The notes under the pieces: model-generated
Database searches by the model: none
What the model was told of the DNA's origin: nothing
What the model saw: only the letters and a program-made list of their open reading frames with translations
Program-made: the position numbers and the translations under genes
Part shown: piece after piece, positions 28,533 through 38,963 of the stretch
Layout of the letters: every line of letters begins with the position of its first letter
How positions within the stretch are numbered: position 1 is the first letter of the stretch
DNA from: Terriglobia bacterium
Lineage (GTDB): Bacteria; Acidobacteriota; Terriglobia; 20CM-2-55-15
Assembly: GCA_965218585.1 (NCBI GenBank)
Contig: CBDCLE010000012.1
Location: 128,001 to 192,000 of the forward strand
Length of the DNA stretch: 64,000 nucleotides
Direction of reading: 5' to 3'

Positions 28533-29494
28533 GTGAAAGAACAGGATATCCGTCCCCAGGCCCTGTTCAACCGCTACCTCGAGCTTGCGGCAGGAGATGT
28601 CGAACGTTTCTTTTCGAAGACGGCCGACTTTGTCGAGGTTAACTGTCCTGCCTGTGCCGGCACCTCGTCCCATCTGGCCTTCGAGAAGCTCTCGTTCGGA
28701 TACCGGCTATGCGAGGACTGCGCGTCACTCTTCGTGTCTCCCCGGCCCACCCCTTCGATGATCAATACGTACTACCGGGATGGCGCGTCCGTACATTTCT
28801 GGGCCACGGACTTCTTCAAGCAGACGGCCGATGCCCGCCGTGTGCGCATCTTCCGTCCACGGGCGTTGTTCGTCGAGGAATGGTCGCGTAAGATAAATCC
28901 TAACGGCAAGCGATTTGCCGACATCGGATCCGGCTATGGCATTTTTCTCGACGAAACCCAGGCGCTCAATATCTTCGATGACGTGATCGGTATCGAGCCT
29001 TCGCCGCCATTGGCTGCAGTCTGCCGCGAGCGTGGTTTCACAATCGTCGAGGACACGATCGAACAATGCCATCTAGATGGACCATCACCATCGGTCATGA
29101 CCAGCTTCGAGTTTTTGGAGCATGCGTTTGATCCGTCCGAATTTCTTGGAGCGGTCCGAAAGCTTCTGGCGCCGGGTGGTCTGTTGATTTTTACGACACT
29201 CACCGTCAGTGGGTTTGACATTCAGGTCTTGTGGGAACATTCTAAGAGCGCGCATCCGCCCCAGCATCTGAACTTGCTGTCGTCGAGGGTGTTCGGCCGC
29301 TGATCTCCCGGTGTGGTTTCCATCTGCACAATCTGGAAACGCCGGGCGAACTGGACGTCGACATCGTCCGCAATACACTCGCCGAGGACCCCGAGATTTC
29401 CCAAAACGATGACGCCTCAGTGAGGAATGCATTTCAGGAGTTCCTCAAGGCCAATCGTTTGAGTTCCCACCTGAGAGCCGTCGCTTCGAAGTAA
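28533..29494 (+). pseudogene. Class I SAM methyltransferase with N-terminal CxxC zinc motifs, frameshifted near 29290
   Basis: CPAC...CEDC, DIGSGYG and FEFLEH motifs. Continues ETPGELDVDIV...RLSSHL in another frame. Confidence 0.8.
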
Positions 29495-30012
29495 TGTCGT
29501 CCACCAGCCCCGAAATCACAGTCCTGATGACCGTTTACAACGGCGTTGCCTTTCTAGCCGAAGCCGTCGAGAGCGTTCTCAACCAGACGTTCACCGACTT
29601 TGAGTTCCTCATCGTTGACGACGCCAGCACCGATAATTCCGTCGAGTTGATACGATCTTATGAGGATTCGAGAATACGCCTTGTCCTGAACAGTGAAAAC
29701 ATGGGACAGGCAGCGTCTTTGAACGTGGGATTGGAACTGGCGCCCGAACAGCTCGACCTGTCTGATGCCGAAGCGGCATCCCTCGCCCGCAGGGTTCATC
29801 GTCGTCTTGGCCCCGGCGTTGCAGTGGTCATGCACCTCCGGACCCTGCCCTCGGCTGTTCTGTTTCCCCTTCTGGTCGGGCTATCTCCCATGCTGGTCTC
29901 GCCCCTGAGGAAATTGGCCACGCTCCTCAATCAGAAGCTGCCCGAACTGCGTTATCCAGGACGTTTTGTTCAGTCCAGGGCAGAGCGTCTGATCGGCCAG
30001 CGCCCACAGTGA
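29494..30012 (+). pseudogene. GT2 glycosyltransferase with in-frame internal deletion
   Basis: ITVLMTVYNG...SVLNQT...IVDDAS...LNVGLELA, then jumps to an unrelated tail. The DxD-bearing core is absent. Confidence 0.7.
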
Positions 30013-30016
30013 GACA

Positions 30017-31141
30017 TTGACGGTCCCCGCGGCGCCCCTGCCTTCGCTCCGTAGCATCCTTCGGGCAATCCGGACACCTTTCGATTTCAGAAATTCCCTC
30101 TGGGCAGATGATCCGCGCCGTTTGTATCTGTTTGGCAGCGGCCGCACGGCCCTGGCAGGAGGCATCGAGGGCTATCGCCGCGTGCGCGGAGGAGACAGCG
30201 TTCGGATCTGGTGGCCCGGTTACATCTGTGTCGAAGCCCTGGCCGGGTTCAGCGACGTCCCAGTAAGCTTCGAGTTTTATCGGCTGCGTCCCGACCTCAC
30301 GCCGGACTGGGAGAGGCTGGGTCCGGTACCATCTGCCGAACACGGCGAATTACAGGTTCTCGTCCTGGTGCACTATTTCGGATTTCCGAGCGACACCACA
30401 GGTGCCCGTCGATTTGCCGACGAGCACCGAATGCTACTGGTTGAAGACGCGGCTCACCTGCTTGGTATGACGCCTGGGATTGGTTCCGGAGACATGTTGG
30501 TTTTTAGTCCCTGGAAATTGTTGCCCGTACCATCGGGAGGGGTCCTCGTCACCGACGCGGAGGTGGCAGAAGATCTGGAAACATCCGGAAGGGGCGATGC
30601 GGCCGGTTTACTGGGTTGGATGGTGGTGAGGTTCCTGCAGCGAGCCCTGAGACGTCTCGGCATCTCCTGGCATGGTTTTTTGGGATTCACCGCTTTGCGC
30701 CACAGTCTGCAGTCAAACATCACACCTAACGTCTCCAATCGTATGGGCCGTTTCGTCGCCCACCTGCTTCAGGTCGAATCGCAGGAAGCCGAACGCGTGC
30801 GAGAAAACCGCCGTCGCAACTACCGGGCTTTGATTGAAGAAATTAAGAAGATAAAGGGCGTTCGACCGCTGTTTCCGGACCTACCGGATGGTGTGTGTCC
30901 ATATGTGTTCCCTATCGTCCTTGAGACACCGAGCGTTCCCGTGGCTTCCAGATTGGAATTGGCCGGGATTCCCGGGTTCGTGTGGCCGGAGTTGCCAGAA
31001 GCGATCGCCGTCAACTCCGACCTCAATCGCGAAGTTCAGGACCTGCGTGACCACATTCTGCTTCTGCCTGTGCACCAGGATCTTGATGATGCGGATATCA
31101 AGGACATCGTCCTGAATGTCAGAAGCGCTGTGATGGGCTGA
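30017..31141 (+). CDS. DegT/DnrJ-like PLP-dependent aminotransferase
   Basis: SGRTAL, VHYFGF, VEDAAH, FSPWKLLPVPSGG and LPVHQ motifs. Confidence 0.8.
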   Translation: MTVPAAPLPSLRSILRAIRTPFDFRNSLWADDPRRLYLFGSGRTALAGGIEGYRRVRGGDSVRIWWPGYICVEALAGFSDVPVSFEFYRLRPDLTPDWERLGPVPSAEHGELQVLVLVHYFGFPSDTTGARRFADEHRMLLVEDAAHLLGMTPGIGSGDMLVFSPWKLLPVPSGGVLVTDAEVAEDLETSGRGDAAGLLGWMVVRFLQRALRRLGISWHGFLGFTALRHSLQSNITPNVSNRMGRFVAHLLQVESQEAERVRENRRRNYRALIEEIKKIKGVRPLFPDLPDGVCPYVFPIVLETPSVPVASRLELAGIPGFVWPELPEAIAVNSDLNREVQDLRDHILLLPVHQDLDDADIKDIVLNVRSAVMG

Positions 31142-31230
31142 GGTCATTGGGTACCCGACCGTGAGATTGAGCGCAACTCCCGAAGCCGCCCCTTATAGAT
31201 ACCTCGAGATCGATTGACCCTTTTCGCGCC

Positions 31231-32124
31231 ATGGCAACGCTGAAGTATCCCTGGTGGCTGTCGCTCTGGTACCGAATGGGACCTGTTCTCGGTCCGATCC
31301 ACCGACTCAGAAAACGATTTTCCCCAGCCCCGACTCTTTCTCCATTCCAGGTGGTTCTCTTTCACGACATTCCTCAGTTCCGGCGACCAGCATTTGAGAG
31401 GTTTGTCGATTATCTTGCGGAAAACTACACGATCGTGGCACCAGAGGACGTAACCTCTTTGCTTGCAGACGCGCCTTCAATATCTCAACAAGACCACACG
31501 CCGGTCTTGCTGACCTTTGACGACGGCTTTGAGAGTCAGGCAGTCGCTGCCCGCGAGGTTCTCGACACCAGGGGTATTCGAGGTGTTTTCTTTGTTTGTC
31601 CGGCGATGATGGAGCTCCCCCCGGACCAGCAGCGACAGGAAATCGCTGAACGAATGTTCGAAGATCGAGTCGCGGCGGAAGATCTGCCGAAAGACATGCG
31701 ATTGATGCAGTGGGATTCGGCGAAGGCACTGATCGATGCCGGTCACACGATCGGTTCGCATACCGGCCGACACGGTCGGCTGGCAACCCTCGCTCCTGGG
31801 GATCGTGACTTGGAAATCGCAGGTTCGAAGGATCTGTTGGAATCGCGATTGGGAACGAAGATGAACTGGTTTGCATATCCCTTCGGAGACGTGGATTCCA
31901 TTGACGGAGATTCCATGGACTTGATCGGGCAGCACTACCGTTTTTGTTGTAGTGGCTTAGCGGGTTTCAATAGCCGGATGACTCACCGCTTGGGTATTCG
32001 CCGACAGAATATCGATCTGGATTTGCCATTCGCCTACCAGACCTTCGTGATGGACGGCGGAATGGACCGAGCCTATGCTCGCGCCGCCCGCCGCTATGAA
32101 TCCCTTCTTCCAGCTTCGAAATGA
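31231..32124 (+). CDS. Polysaccharide deacetylase
   Basis: LTFDDGF, IGSHT..H and FAYPFG motifs. Confidence 0.88.
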   Translation: MATLKYPWWLSLWYRMGPVLGPIHRLRKRFSPAPTLSPFQVVLFHDIPQFRRPAFERFVDYLAENYTIVAPEDVTSLLADAPSISQQDHTPVLLTFDDGFESQAVAAREVLDTRGIRGVFFVCPAMMELPPDQQRQEIAERMFEDRVAAEDLPKDMRLMQWDSAKALIDAGHTIGSHTGRHGRLATLAPGDRDLEIAGSKDLLESRLGTKMNWFAYPFGDVDSIDGDSMDLIGQHYRFCCSGLAGFNSRMTHRLGIRRQNIDLDLPFAYQTFVMDGGMDRAYARAARRYESLLPASK

Positions 32125-32235
32125 GCAATGGTCAATGCGTAACACGAGCGCAACGCGTAAGACCAGATAGTTGTGAGGCTAACGGTGTTCCTAGTATTCT
32201 GTTTGATGAATTTACCGATTGGATTCGGTTTTTGA

Positions 32236-33264
32236 ATGAAAGAAGACGTACAGCCTGAAACGTCCGGTCCAGGATCGTCTCCGCAGGGGGAAGCGGACAC
32301 GATTCTGGAAGAGATCCGCCAGGTTCTAGCCATAGAAATCGAAGGCCTCAAACAGGTCTACGAGAGAGCGGATTCAGGATTCGTCGGAGCCGTGCAGGCC
32401 ATCCGCGATTGTTCCGGCAAGGTCGTACTGACCGGTGTCGGAAAGTCCGGTAACGTTGCGGCCAAGATCGCCTCCACGCTGACCAGTACGGGGACCCCCG
32501 CTGTTTTCCTGCACCCCGCCGAAGCGCTCCATGGAGACGTCGGCATCGTCCAGGGAGGTGACGTCGTCATAGCCGTGGGGAAAAGCGGTGAAAGTGCAGA
32601 ATTGAACGCCCTGATTGGAGTGTTCAAGCGCATCGGAGTCGTTTTGATCGGTCTGACCGGTACGGCCGACTCCACCTTGGGTCGGGCCAGCGACATCATC
32701 GTCAACGTGGACGTTGCCCGCGAGGCGTGTCCCCTGAATCTCGCGCCGACCGCCAGTTCGACAGCAGCTCTGGCGGCAGGCGATGCCATCGCCGTGGCAT
32801 TGATGAAACTCAAAGATTTTTCAGCCGATGAGTACGCTCTGCATCACCCCGGCGGGCAATTGGGCCGGCGACTGACGCTGACAGTTTCCGACGTGATGCG
32901 TAGCGGCGAGTACAACCCCATCGTGTTTGAAGACGACTCGATCAAGACCATGCTGATCCGCATTGCCCAAGGTCAGGCCGGTGCCGTGTCCGTCGTCGAT
33001 GGAGACCAGCGGCTCAGTGGAATCGTGACTGATTTCGATATCCGCCACGTTCTGGAATCGCAACGCAACATTTTCGACCAATCAATCACCGACGTGATGA
33101 ATCCCGACCCGTTGTCCATCAGAGACACAACGAAAGCCGTAGAAGCATTGAACGTTATGTACTCGAGCCGCGAGAAACGCCTCGCCGTCCTCCCGGTCGT
33201 AGACGATGGCAACCGCGTCGTCGGCATGCTTCAACTGTCGGATCTCATCGCTGCCGGCATCTGA
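32236..33264 (+). CDS. kdsD: Arabinose-5-phosphate isomerase (KpsF/GutQ)
   Basis: TGVGKSG, HPAEALHGD, LAPTASS and HHPGG motifs, plus a CBS pair. Confidence 0.93.
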   Translation: MKEDVQPETSGPGSSPQGEADTILEEIRQVLAIEIEGLKQVYERADSGFVGAVQAIRDCSGKVVLTGVGKSGNVAAKIASTLTSTGTPAVFLHPAEALHGDVGIVQGGDVVIAVGKSGESAELNALIGVFKRIGVVLIGLTGTADSTLGRASDIIVNVDVAREACPLNLAPTASSTAALAAGDAIAVALMKLKDFSADEYALHHPGGQLGRRLTLTVSDVMRSGEYNPIVFEDDSIKTMLIRIAQGQAGAVSVVDGDQRLSGIVTDFDIRHVLESQRNIFDQSITDVMNPDPLSIRDTTKAVEALNVMYSSREKRLAVLPVVDDGNRVVGMLQLSDLIAAGI

Positions 33265-33301
33265 CGTAAGGACACTTAACGTTTCTTTTGTTCTTCTGTA
33301 G

Positions 33302-34363
33302 GTGCGATCTATGACCGCACTCCGCTCCCTCATGTTCCAACTCATCCAAAAACCTTTCACCGCATCCGAATGGACAGCACTCACCTCCCAATTCGACGAT
33401 CTGAGTCTGATGCAGACCTGGGAGTATGGAGAAGCACTGGCAAGTACCGGTCCATGGAAGATTGATCGCGCGGTTTTCGAAGACGACGGTGTTCCCATCG
33501 GAGCGATTCAAGCTGTCATTCGAAGGGTGCCCCTAGTTCGAGCCGGTTTCGCCTGGGTCAATCGTGGCCCTCTATGTCGTAAGTCTGACGCTGCAGGTCC
33601 GGAACAATTAGGGCCGATGATGAGTGAGGCGCGAAGTCTGTGGGCCGAACGGCAACATCTGTACCTGAGGATCGCTCCCCCGGTCTCGAAACCGGAGTGG
33701 GATTCCATCGCTTCGAACGACCCGGGTTACAGTCCCTCGAGGGAGGGCAATGGATGGGTCTCTTCCCGCCTGGACTTGACGGTGGATCTCGGCCTCATTC
33801 GCCAGCGCCTCGACAAACGTTGGCGCAACAGCCTGTCGAACGCCGAACGGCGTGAAGTGACCGTGCGCCGCGACTCCAACGAGAGCTTCAAACAGTTCTT
33901 ACGGTTGCAGCGCGGAGAGTTTGCTCTGCATTCCTATCCGACGACGGTCACGCCGAAGTTTCTTGTCGCGCTCCAGAGCTTCCTTCCCACCGAACGTAGA
34001 CTCCTGGCGTTTGTCGCAACGTCCGGTGAATCCCTGCTCGGTGCCGTACTAATAGCTCGTTACGGCAGCATCGGGGAATTTCTGGCCGGTGTCATCGAAG
34101 GGGCGGGGCGCACCGCTAACGTGGGGCAGCTGCTGATCTGGCAGGCGATCCAGCATCTCAAGGAATCCGGATATCGATGGTTTGATTTGGGTGGCATGGA
34201 TCCGGACCATACCGAGCCGGGTATCATCAATTTCAAGGCGGGCCTCAGCGGACAGCCGTACGAATACGTTGGAGAGTTCGACGCGATCGGTTCCGGTTGG
34301 GCCAACCGGATTGTTCGATGGCGGGTGCGGCGGGTGCGACGGGTGCGACGGCGTGTGGCATGA
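33302..34363 (+). CDS. FemAB-like GNAT acyltransferase
   Basis: QTWEYG, RGP, LDL...RWRN, FDLGG and FKAG motifs. Confidence 0.8.
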   Translation: MRSMTALRSLMFQLIQKPFTASEWTALTSQFDDLSLMQTWEYGEALASTGPWKIDRAVFEDDGVPIGAIQAVIRRVPLVRAGFAWVNRGPLCRKSDAAGPEQLGPMMSEARSLWAERQHLYLRIAPPVSKPEWDSIASNDPGYSPSREGNGWVSSRLDLTVDLGLIRQRLDKRWRNSLSNAERREVTVRRDSNESFKQFLRLQRGEFALHSYPTTVTPKFLVALQSFLPTERRLLAFVATSGESLLGAVLIARYGSIGEFLAGVIEGAGRTANVGQLLIWQAIQHLKESGYRWFDLGGMDPDHTEPGIINFKAGLSGQPYEYVGEFDAIGSGWANRIVRWRVRRVRRVRRRVA

Positions 34364-34752
34364 CTTGAAACAGCGTTGCACCTGTTCCGCTGATGACGTG
34401 ATGATACCGGAAAAGTATTCCGAGATGCTTTCTCATTTGCTGCGAGCCTGCTTGTCTTCAACAATAACGGCTCTCTGGCATACCCTCGCTCTATCTGTTT
34501 GCCAGACCCACGGCATCAAGATTTTGGGTTTTGGTGAGAGAGCCTGGACAGCATCCGATCGATTCCCTCCTCAAACTCCTTGTTCTCAAGAAACCGCCTA
34601 AGAAATTCAGCCCACGATTTCTTCGTCCGGCAAACAGCTGATAGATCTAAGCTAGGTATCGCAGGTTTTGATCGCCACCAGCGGCAACTTGGTTTCGAAA
34701 GTCCAATGCGATGCTGTCTTGGCAAGAGTCTCCGCTCTTGCCCGCTATGATA

Positions 34753-35712
34753 TCAGCCTGCTGACGCTGTTCGGGACCTCATCCAGTTGATCGTTTGCTC
34801 CAGACCGTCTTCGAGCGAAGTTCTGGATTTGAACCCAAAAAAGTTCTCCGCCCTAGTCACGTCCAATTGGCGCGATGGTTGCCCATCCGGGCGCCCCGTG
34901 TCCCATCGAATGCGGCCCGTATATCCAGTGAGTTGGGCGATTAACCCCATGAGAGCCCCGATACGTATCGAGTCGCCCGATCCGAGGTTGACCGGTTCGA
35001 TTCCGTCATAACGTTCCGCTGCCAGGACGATACCTTCGGCAGCATCATCCACATATAGGAATTCCCGGGTGGCTTCCCCAGTACCCCAGGCGACGATTTC
35101 TGATTTTCGATCACGTACCGCTTCCAGACACTTTCGGATCAGCGCGGGGATCACGTGGGACGTGTCCAGGTCGTCGTTGTCGTTCGGGCCGTAAAGGTTG
35201 ACTGGCAACAGGTAGATACAATTGAACCCGTATTGCTCTCGGTACGCTTGCCCTTGGACGAGAAGCATTTTCTTGGCTAAGCCGTACGGTGCATTGGTTT
35301 CTTCTGGATAACCGTCCCATAAGTTTTCTTCCTTAAAGGGCGCGGGAGTGTGCTTCGGGTACGCGCAGACCGTACCGATCGCGACAAACTTGTCCACACC
35401 AACCTGTCGTGCAGCCTCCATCAACTGGATGCCCATCATTGCGTTCTCGAAGAAATAAGAGCCAGGATTGGCTTGGTTGGCGCCGATGCCGCCTACGATA
35501 GCAGCAAGGTGGATAACCAAGTCGGGTTTCATCTCAAGGTACGCCCGTTCGACATCCGTTGCTTTTACGAAGTCGTACTCGGAGTGGGAAGGTACTAGGA
35601 TATTTCTGCAACCCTTCGTCTGGAGCTTGGCGACAACCCGTGAGCCCAAGAACCCACGACCACCGGTGACCATAACTCTCCTGTCAGCCCAGAACTCAGT
35701 TCTAGTGAGCAC
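34753..35712 (-). CDS. fcl: GDP-L-fucose synthase
   Basis: [39 protein letters not shown] and REFLYVDD motifs. Confidence 0.95.
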   Translation of the reverse strand: MLTRTEFWADRRVMVTGGRGFLGSRVVAKLQTKGCRNILVPSHSEYDFVKATDVERAYLEMKPDLVIHLAAIVGGIGANQANPGSYFFENAMMGIQLMEAARQVGVDKFVAIGTVCAYPKHTPAPFKEENLWDGYPEETNAPYGLAKKMLLVQGQAYREQYGFNCIYLLPVNLYGPNDNDDLDTSHVIPALIRKCLEAVRDRKSEIVAWGTGEATREFLYVDDAAEGIVLAAERYDGIEPVNLGSGDSIRIGALMGLIAQLTGYTGRIRWDTGRPDGQPSRQLDVTRAENFFGFKSRTSLEDGLEQTINWMRSRTASAG

Positions 35713-36718
35713 CAGATCGGCTACCCTCCAGCTTGAGTCGTTCCGCGGCTATGTCTGCGTCGACCATCATGTGTACCAATTCCTCGAACCCGACCCGGGG
35801 CTGCCAGCCGAGGTTTCTTCGCGCTTTCGAAGCGTCGCCGATCAAAACGTCGACTTCAGTGGGACGGAAGTATTCTGAATCGATCTCGATGTGCCGGGCC
35901 CAGTCCAGTCCTGCGTGGAGGAAAGCGACTTCTAGGAAGTCCCGAACCGAATGCGTTTCGCCAGTGGCGACAACGTAATCCTCTGGTGTGTCCCGCTGCA
36001 GCATCATCCACATCGCTTCGACATAGTCGCCCGCGAATCCCCAGTCCCGCTGAGCGTCCAGATTTCCCAGATACAGCTTGTCCTGAATTCCCAACTTGAT
36101 TCGTGCTGCTGCCAGAGAAATCTTGCGCGACACGAACGTCTCACCGCGCCGGGGGGACTCGTGATTGAACAGAATGCCGTTGACGGCGAACATATTGTAG
36201 GCTTCGCGGTAGTTGACTGTCATCCAGTAGGCGTAGACCTTCGCTGCGGCGTATGGGCTGCGGGGCTTCAAGGGTGTGTTTTCGTCTTGAGGCCTTTTCG
36301 TGGCGTTGCCGAACATTTCGCTGCTCGATGCCTGATAGTAACGAGTGTTCACGCCACATTCTCGAATCCCTTCGAGCAGCCGGACTGCGGCGAGACCCGC
36401 ACTCTCTCCCGTGTATTCGGGAATGTCGAAACTCACTCGAACGTGGCTCTGAGCGCCAAGATTATAGATTTCATTCGGTTCCAGCGAGCGGATCAGTTTG
36501 TTCAGCGAGCTGCCGTCATTCAGATCGGCAAAGTGGAGGCGGAGGCTTGCGTCCTTGACATGACGGTCCTGATAAATGTGGTCGATTCGTTGCGTGTTGA
36601 AAGAACTGGACCGCCGCATCAGGCCGTGGACCTCATAGCCTTTGGAAAGGAGAAGTTCTGCCAGATACGACCCATCCTGTCCCGTTATTCCGGTGATGAG
36701 AGCTTTCTTGGTTTGCAT
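35702..36718 (-). CDS. gmd: GDP-mannose 4,6-dehydratase
   Basis: [31 protein letters not shown] and RDWG motifs. Confidence 0.97.
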   Translation of the reverse strand: MQTKKALITGITGQDGSYLAELLLSKGYEVHGLMRRSSSFNTQRIDHIYQDRHVKDASLRLHFADLNDGSSLNKLIRSLEPNEIYNLGAQSHVRVSFDIPEYTGESAGLAAVRLLEGIRECGVNTRYYQASSSEMFGNATKRPQDENTPLKPRSPYAAAKVYAYWMTVNYREAYNMFAVNGILFNHESPRRGETFVSRKISLAAARIKLGIQDKLYLGNLDAQRDWGFAGDYVEAMWMMLQRDTPEDYVVATGETHSVRDFLEVAFLHAGLDWARHIEIDSEYFRPTEVDVLIGDASKARRNLGWQPRVGFEELVHMMVDADIAAERLKLEGSRSGAH

Positions 36719-37397
36719 TGAACTGTCAGTATTCAGCTACCAGCCTGGGCCTGTACGCCGGGAGTTGATGGCTGATTACGATGTGTAGGCGTGTAGGAGT
36801 GGACCATGGAGTTTGCGATGCTGTCAACCGGACCAGAATCATACTTGGGGATGCCTAGTCAACAGTAACCTCTTTCCGAATCGCTGGAGTGAGACCGAAT
36901 TCCGATTGTAGGAGGGACTCTGCAGTCTTCATTCCAGGGAGTTTTATCCCGTCCTTCTTAAAGACTGTCAGCGCCAGCGATCCATGTAATCAATGGCACC
37001 CTTTTCGTAGCGTCGCAGATTGAAAACAAAGATTGCTTCGATATCTCTTGCCTTGGCGATCCGCCTAAGCCCTTCAATTTATTAAACAATCAACCCCGTA
37101 AGAAATGCGTGCTATTGTACAATGTCGCTCTCAAGGACCGAAGGTTGGAACGATTACCGGCAACTGGGGGCAAGGAATGACCGCTATCGTGCATGCCATG
37201 GGAAGCAAGGGAGTGCTACCATTATTTGGCAAGGACTTTCAGGATTCGCTCACTGAGCCCTACCGCCGTTTTCTTTGCATTGACTTTATTGAGACGGTAA
37301 ATCCTCATTGTTCCAGTGGTTTGCCCTCAGAGCCTATGAGTTTGAGACTACACGACTGTGAGAAGAATTCGTCGAGCTAACCAGTGGTGTTGCCCTG

Positions 37398-38918
37398 ATG
37401 CCTAGGCTTCGTCAACACGTACTCGGCCTTTCCGGAATGGACGGAGGCTTTGCCGCGAGTCTGCTTCAGGATAACGAGGTCACCTTTGCTATAGAAGAAG
37501 ATAAACTCCGTCGCTATAAAGGATTAGGACTCAAGGACCTCGAAACGATTGGCTCACGCGCCGTTGAGCACGCGCTCGCGAAGGTTCCCGGGCGAATGAG
37601 TGGCGTCGATGCGGTCGTCTACACGCCGTCCATACAAGCGGACTCGAACATCTCAGGGCGCCAGGCGTCTTACGTGGAGCAGTTTTTGATCCGGCACCAT
37701 GGTCTATCGCCTGGAGTCTCTACGGTCGATCACGTTGCTGCCCATCTGGCTTTCGAGCGGGCCGTGCACGGGTCGTCGGTCAATGTGTTGATGGTAGGAC
37801 GGACACGAGCCGTCTATTCCAATTGCGAATCGAGCACCTACGAATTCGACACCAATTTTCCTGTTGTGTCATTCGCCGAGAAATGTGCCCGATTCATCGG
37901 ACTCGAGCGGGAGCGCATCCACCACCTGGAGAATATGGCTCGCTTCGGCAAGGCGCGATTTACCGAAGATCTTTACGGATTGCTAGAGGACGGATTCGAC
38001 CCAGACAAGACTCCAACTGCGTTGTCTGAAGTAACTGGGCCTTGTCGCCGCCGCCCTGGAGACATTCTGGAAAAAGTCCACTACGATCTGGCCGCGTCGT
38101 TGTTCGAAGTGCTGAGTAACGAGATCGTGGCCCTGCTCCGTTCGGTACTCCAAAAGCTCCCTTCTCATCCAGTCGCGCTCTGCGGGGGGGTATTCCAGAG
38201 TTGGCGCTTGAACGATGCCGTTGCCGCAGCCTTCCCAGACAATTCCTTCGCGGTGTCGTTTTCACCCGGGAACCCAGCGTGTGCCATCGGCGGGCCACTG
38301 GCCTTGACTGGCCGTTTTCCAAGCGAGCCCCTGAAACCTTTTTTGGGGCCAAGGTATGACCCGAACGAAATAAAGGGAACTCTCGATAACTGCAAGGCCC
38401 GATATGCCTTCCATTCACACAAGGAAGTGATGGATCTAACCTGCGATGCACTGGAGGCAGGGAAGATGGTCGGTTGGTTTGCGGGTGCGTGTGAGTTTGG
38501 CTATCGGGCTCTTGGCGCCCGTAGCGTGTTTGCCAATCCCGCAGACTCGTATGCTTGCGACAATCTCAGTTCCTATCTAAAAAAGCGTCCTTCATATTTT
38601 GCGTACGCCGTCGCGATGAAAGATGAGGGCGGCAGTATCGATACGCGATCGCCTTACCTGTCCCGGTCTACTCACCTGTCTGAATATTTCGGCGACTCAC
38701 CCGTCCGTTTGCAAACAGTTTCGAAATCGGCGGCGCCGAAACTGCACCGGTTGCTCGATGTCTTCCAAAAGAAAACGAGCGTTCGGGCTCTGTTGAACAC
38801 ATCGTTGAACTACTTTGATGAACCCATCGCCTGCACGCCCCGGGACGCGCTGAAAACCTTCTACGCATCCGGGCTGGATATGTTAGTGATGGAGAACTTC
38901 GTTCTCACGAAATCCTGA
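37398..38918 (+). CDS. Carbamoyltransferase-like protein (NodU/CmcH family), divergent
   Basis: AIEEDKLRR, CGGV, EFGYRALGARS and LLNTSLN...EPI..TP.DA motifs. Confidence 0.8.
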   Translation: MPRLRQHVLGLSGMDGGFAASLLQDNEVTFAIEEDKLRRYKGLGLKDLETIGSRAVEHALAKVPGRMSGVDAVVYTPSIQADSNISGRQASYVEQFLIRHHGLSPGVSTVDHVAAHLAFERAVHGSSVNVLMVGRTRAVYSNCESSTYEFDTNFPVVSFAEKCARFIGLERERIHHLENMARFGKARFTEDLYGLLEDGFDPDKTPTALSEVTGPCRRRPGDILEKVHYDLAASLFEVLSNEIVALLRSVLQKLPSHPVALCGGVFQSWRLNDAVAAAFPDNSFAVSFSPGNPACAIGGPLALTGRFPSEPLKPFLGPRYDPNEIKGTLDNCKARYAFHSHKEVMDLTCDALEAGKMVGWFAGACEFGYRALGARSVFANPADSYACDNLSSYLKKRPSYFAYAVAMKDEGGSIDTRSPYLSRSTHLSEYFGDSPVRLQTVSKSAAPKLHRLLDVFQKKTSVRALLNTSLNYFDEPIACTPRDALKTFYASGLDMLVMENFVLTKS

Positions 38919-38963
38919 AACCGCGCTCGCGGAAATCCTACAAAGCACGGTTCCCACCGCTGC

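Noticed and set aside
34321-34351. 9-bp tandem repeat giving RVRRVRRVRR
   Set aside because: A short in-frame slippage at the extreme C-terminus, with no evidence of phase variation.
37105-37380. 91-aa ORF between gmd and the carbamoyltransferase
   Set aside because: No recognisable motif. It lies in a divergent promoter region and is likely spurious.
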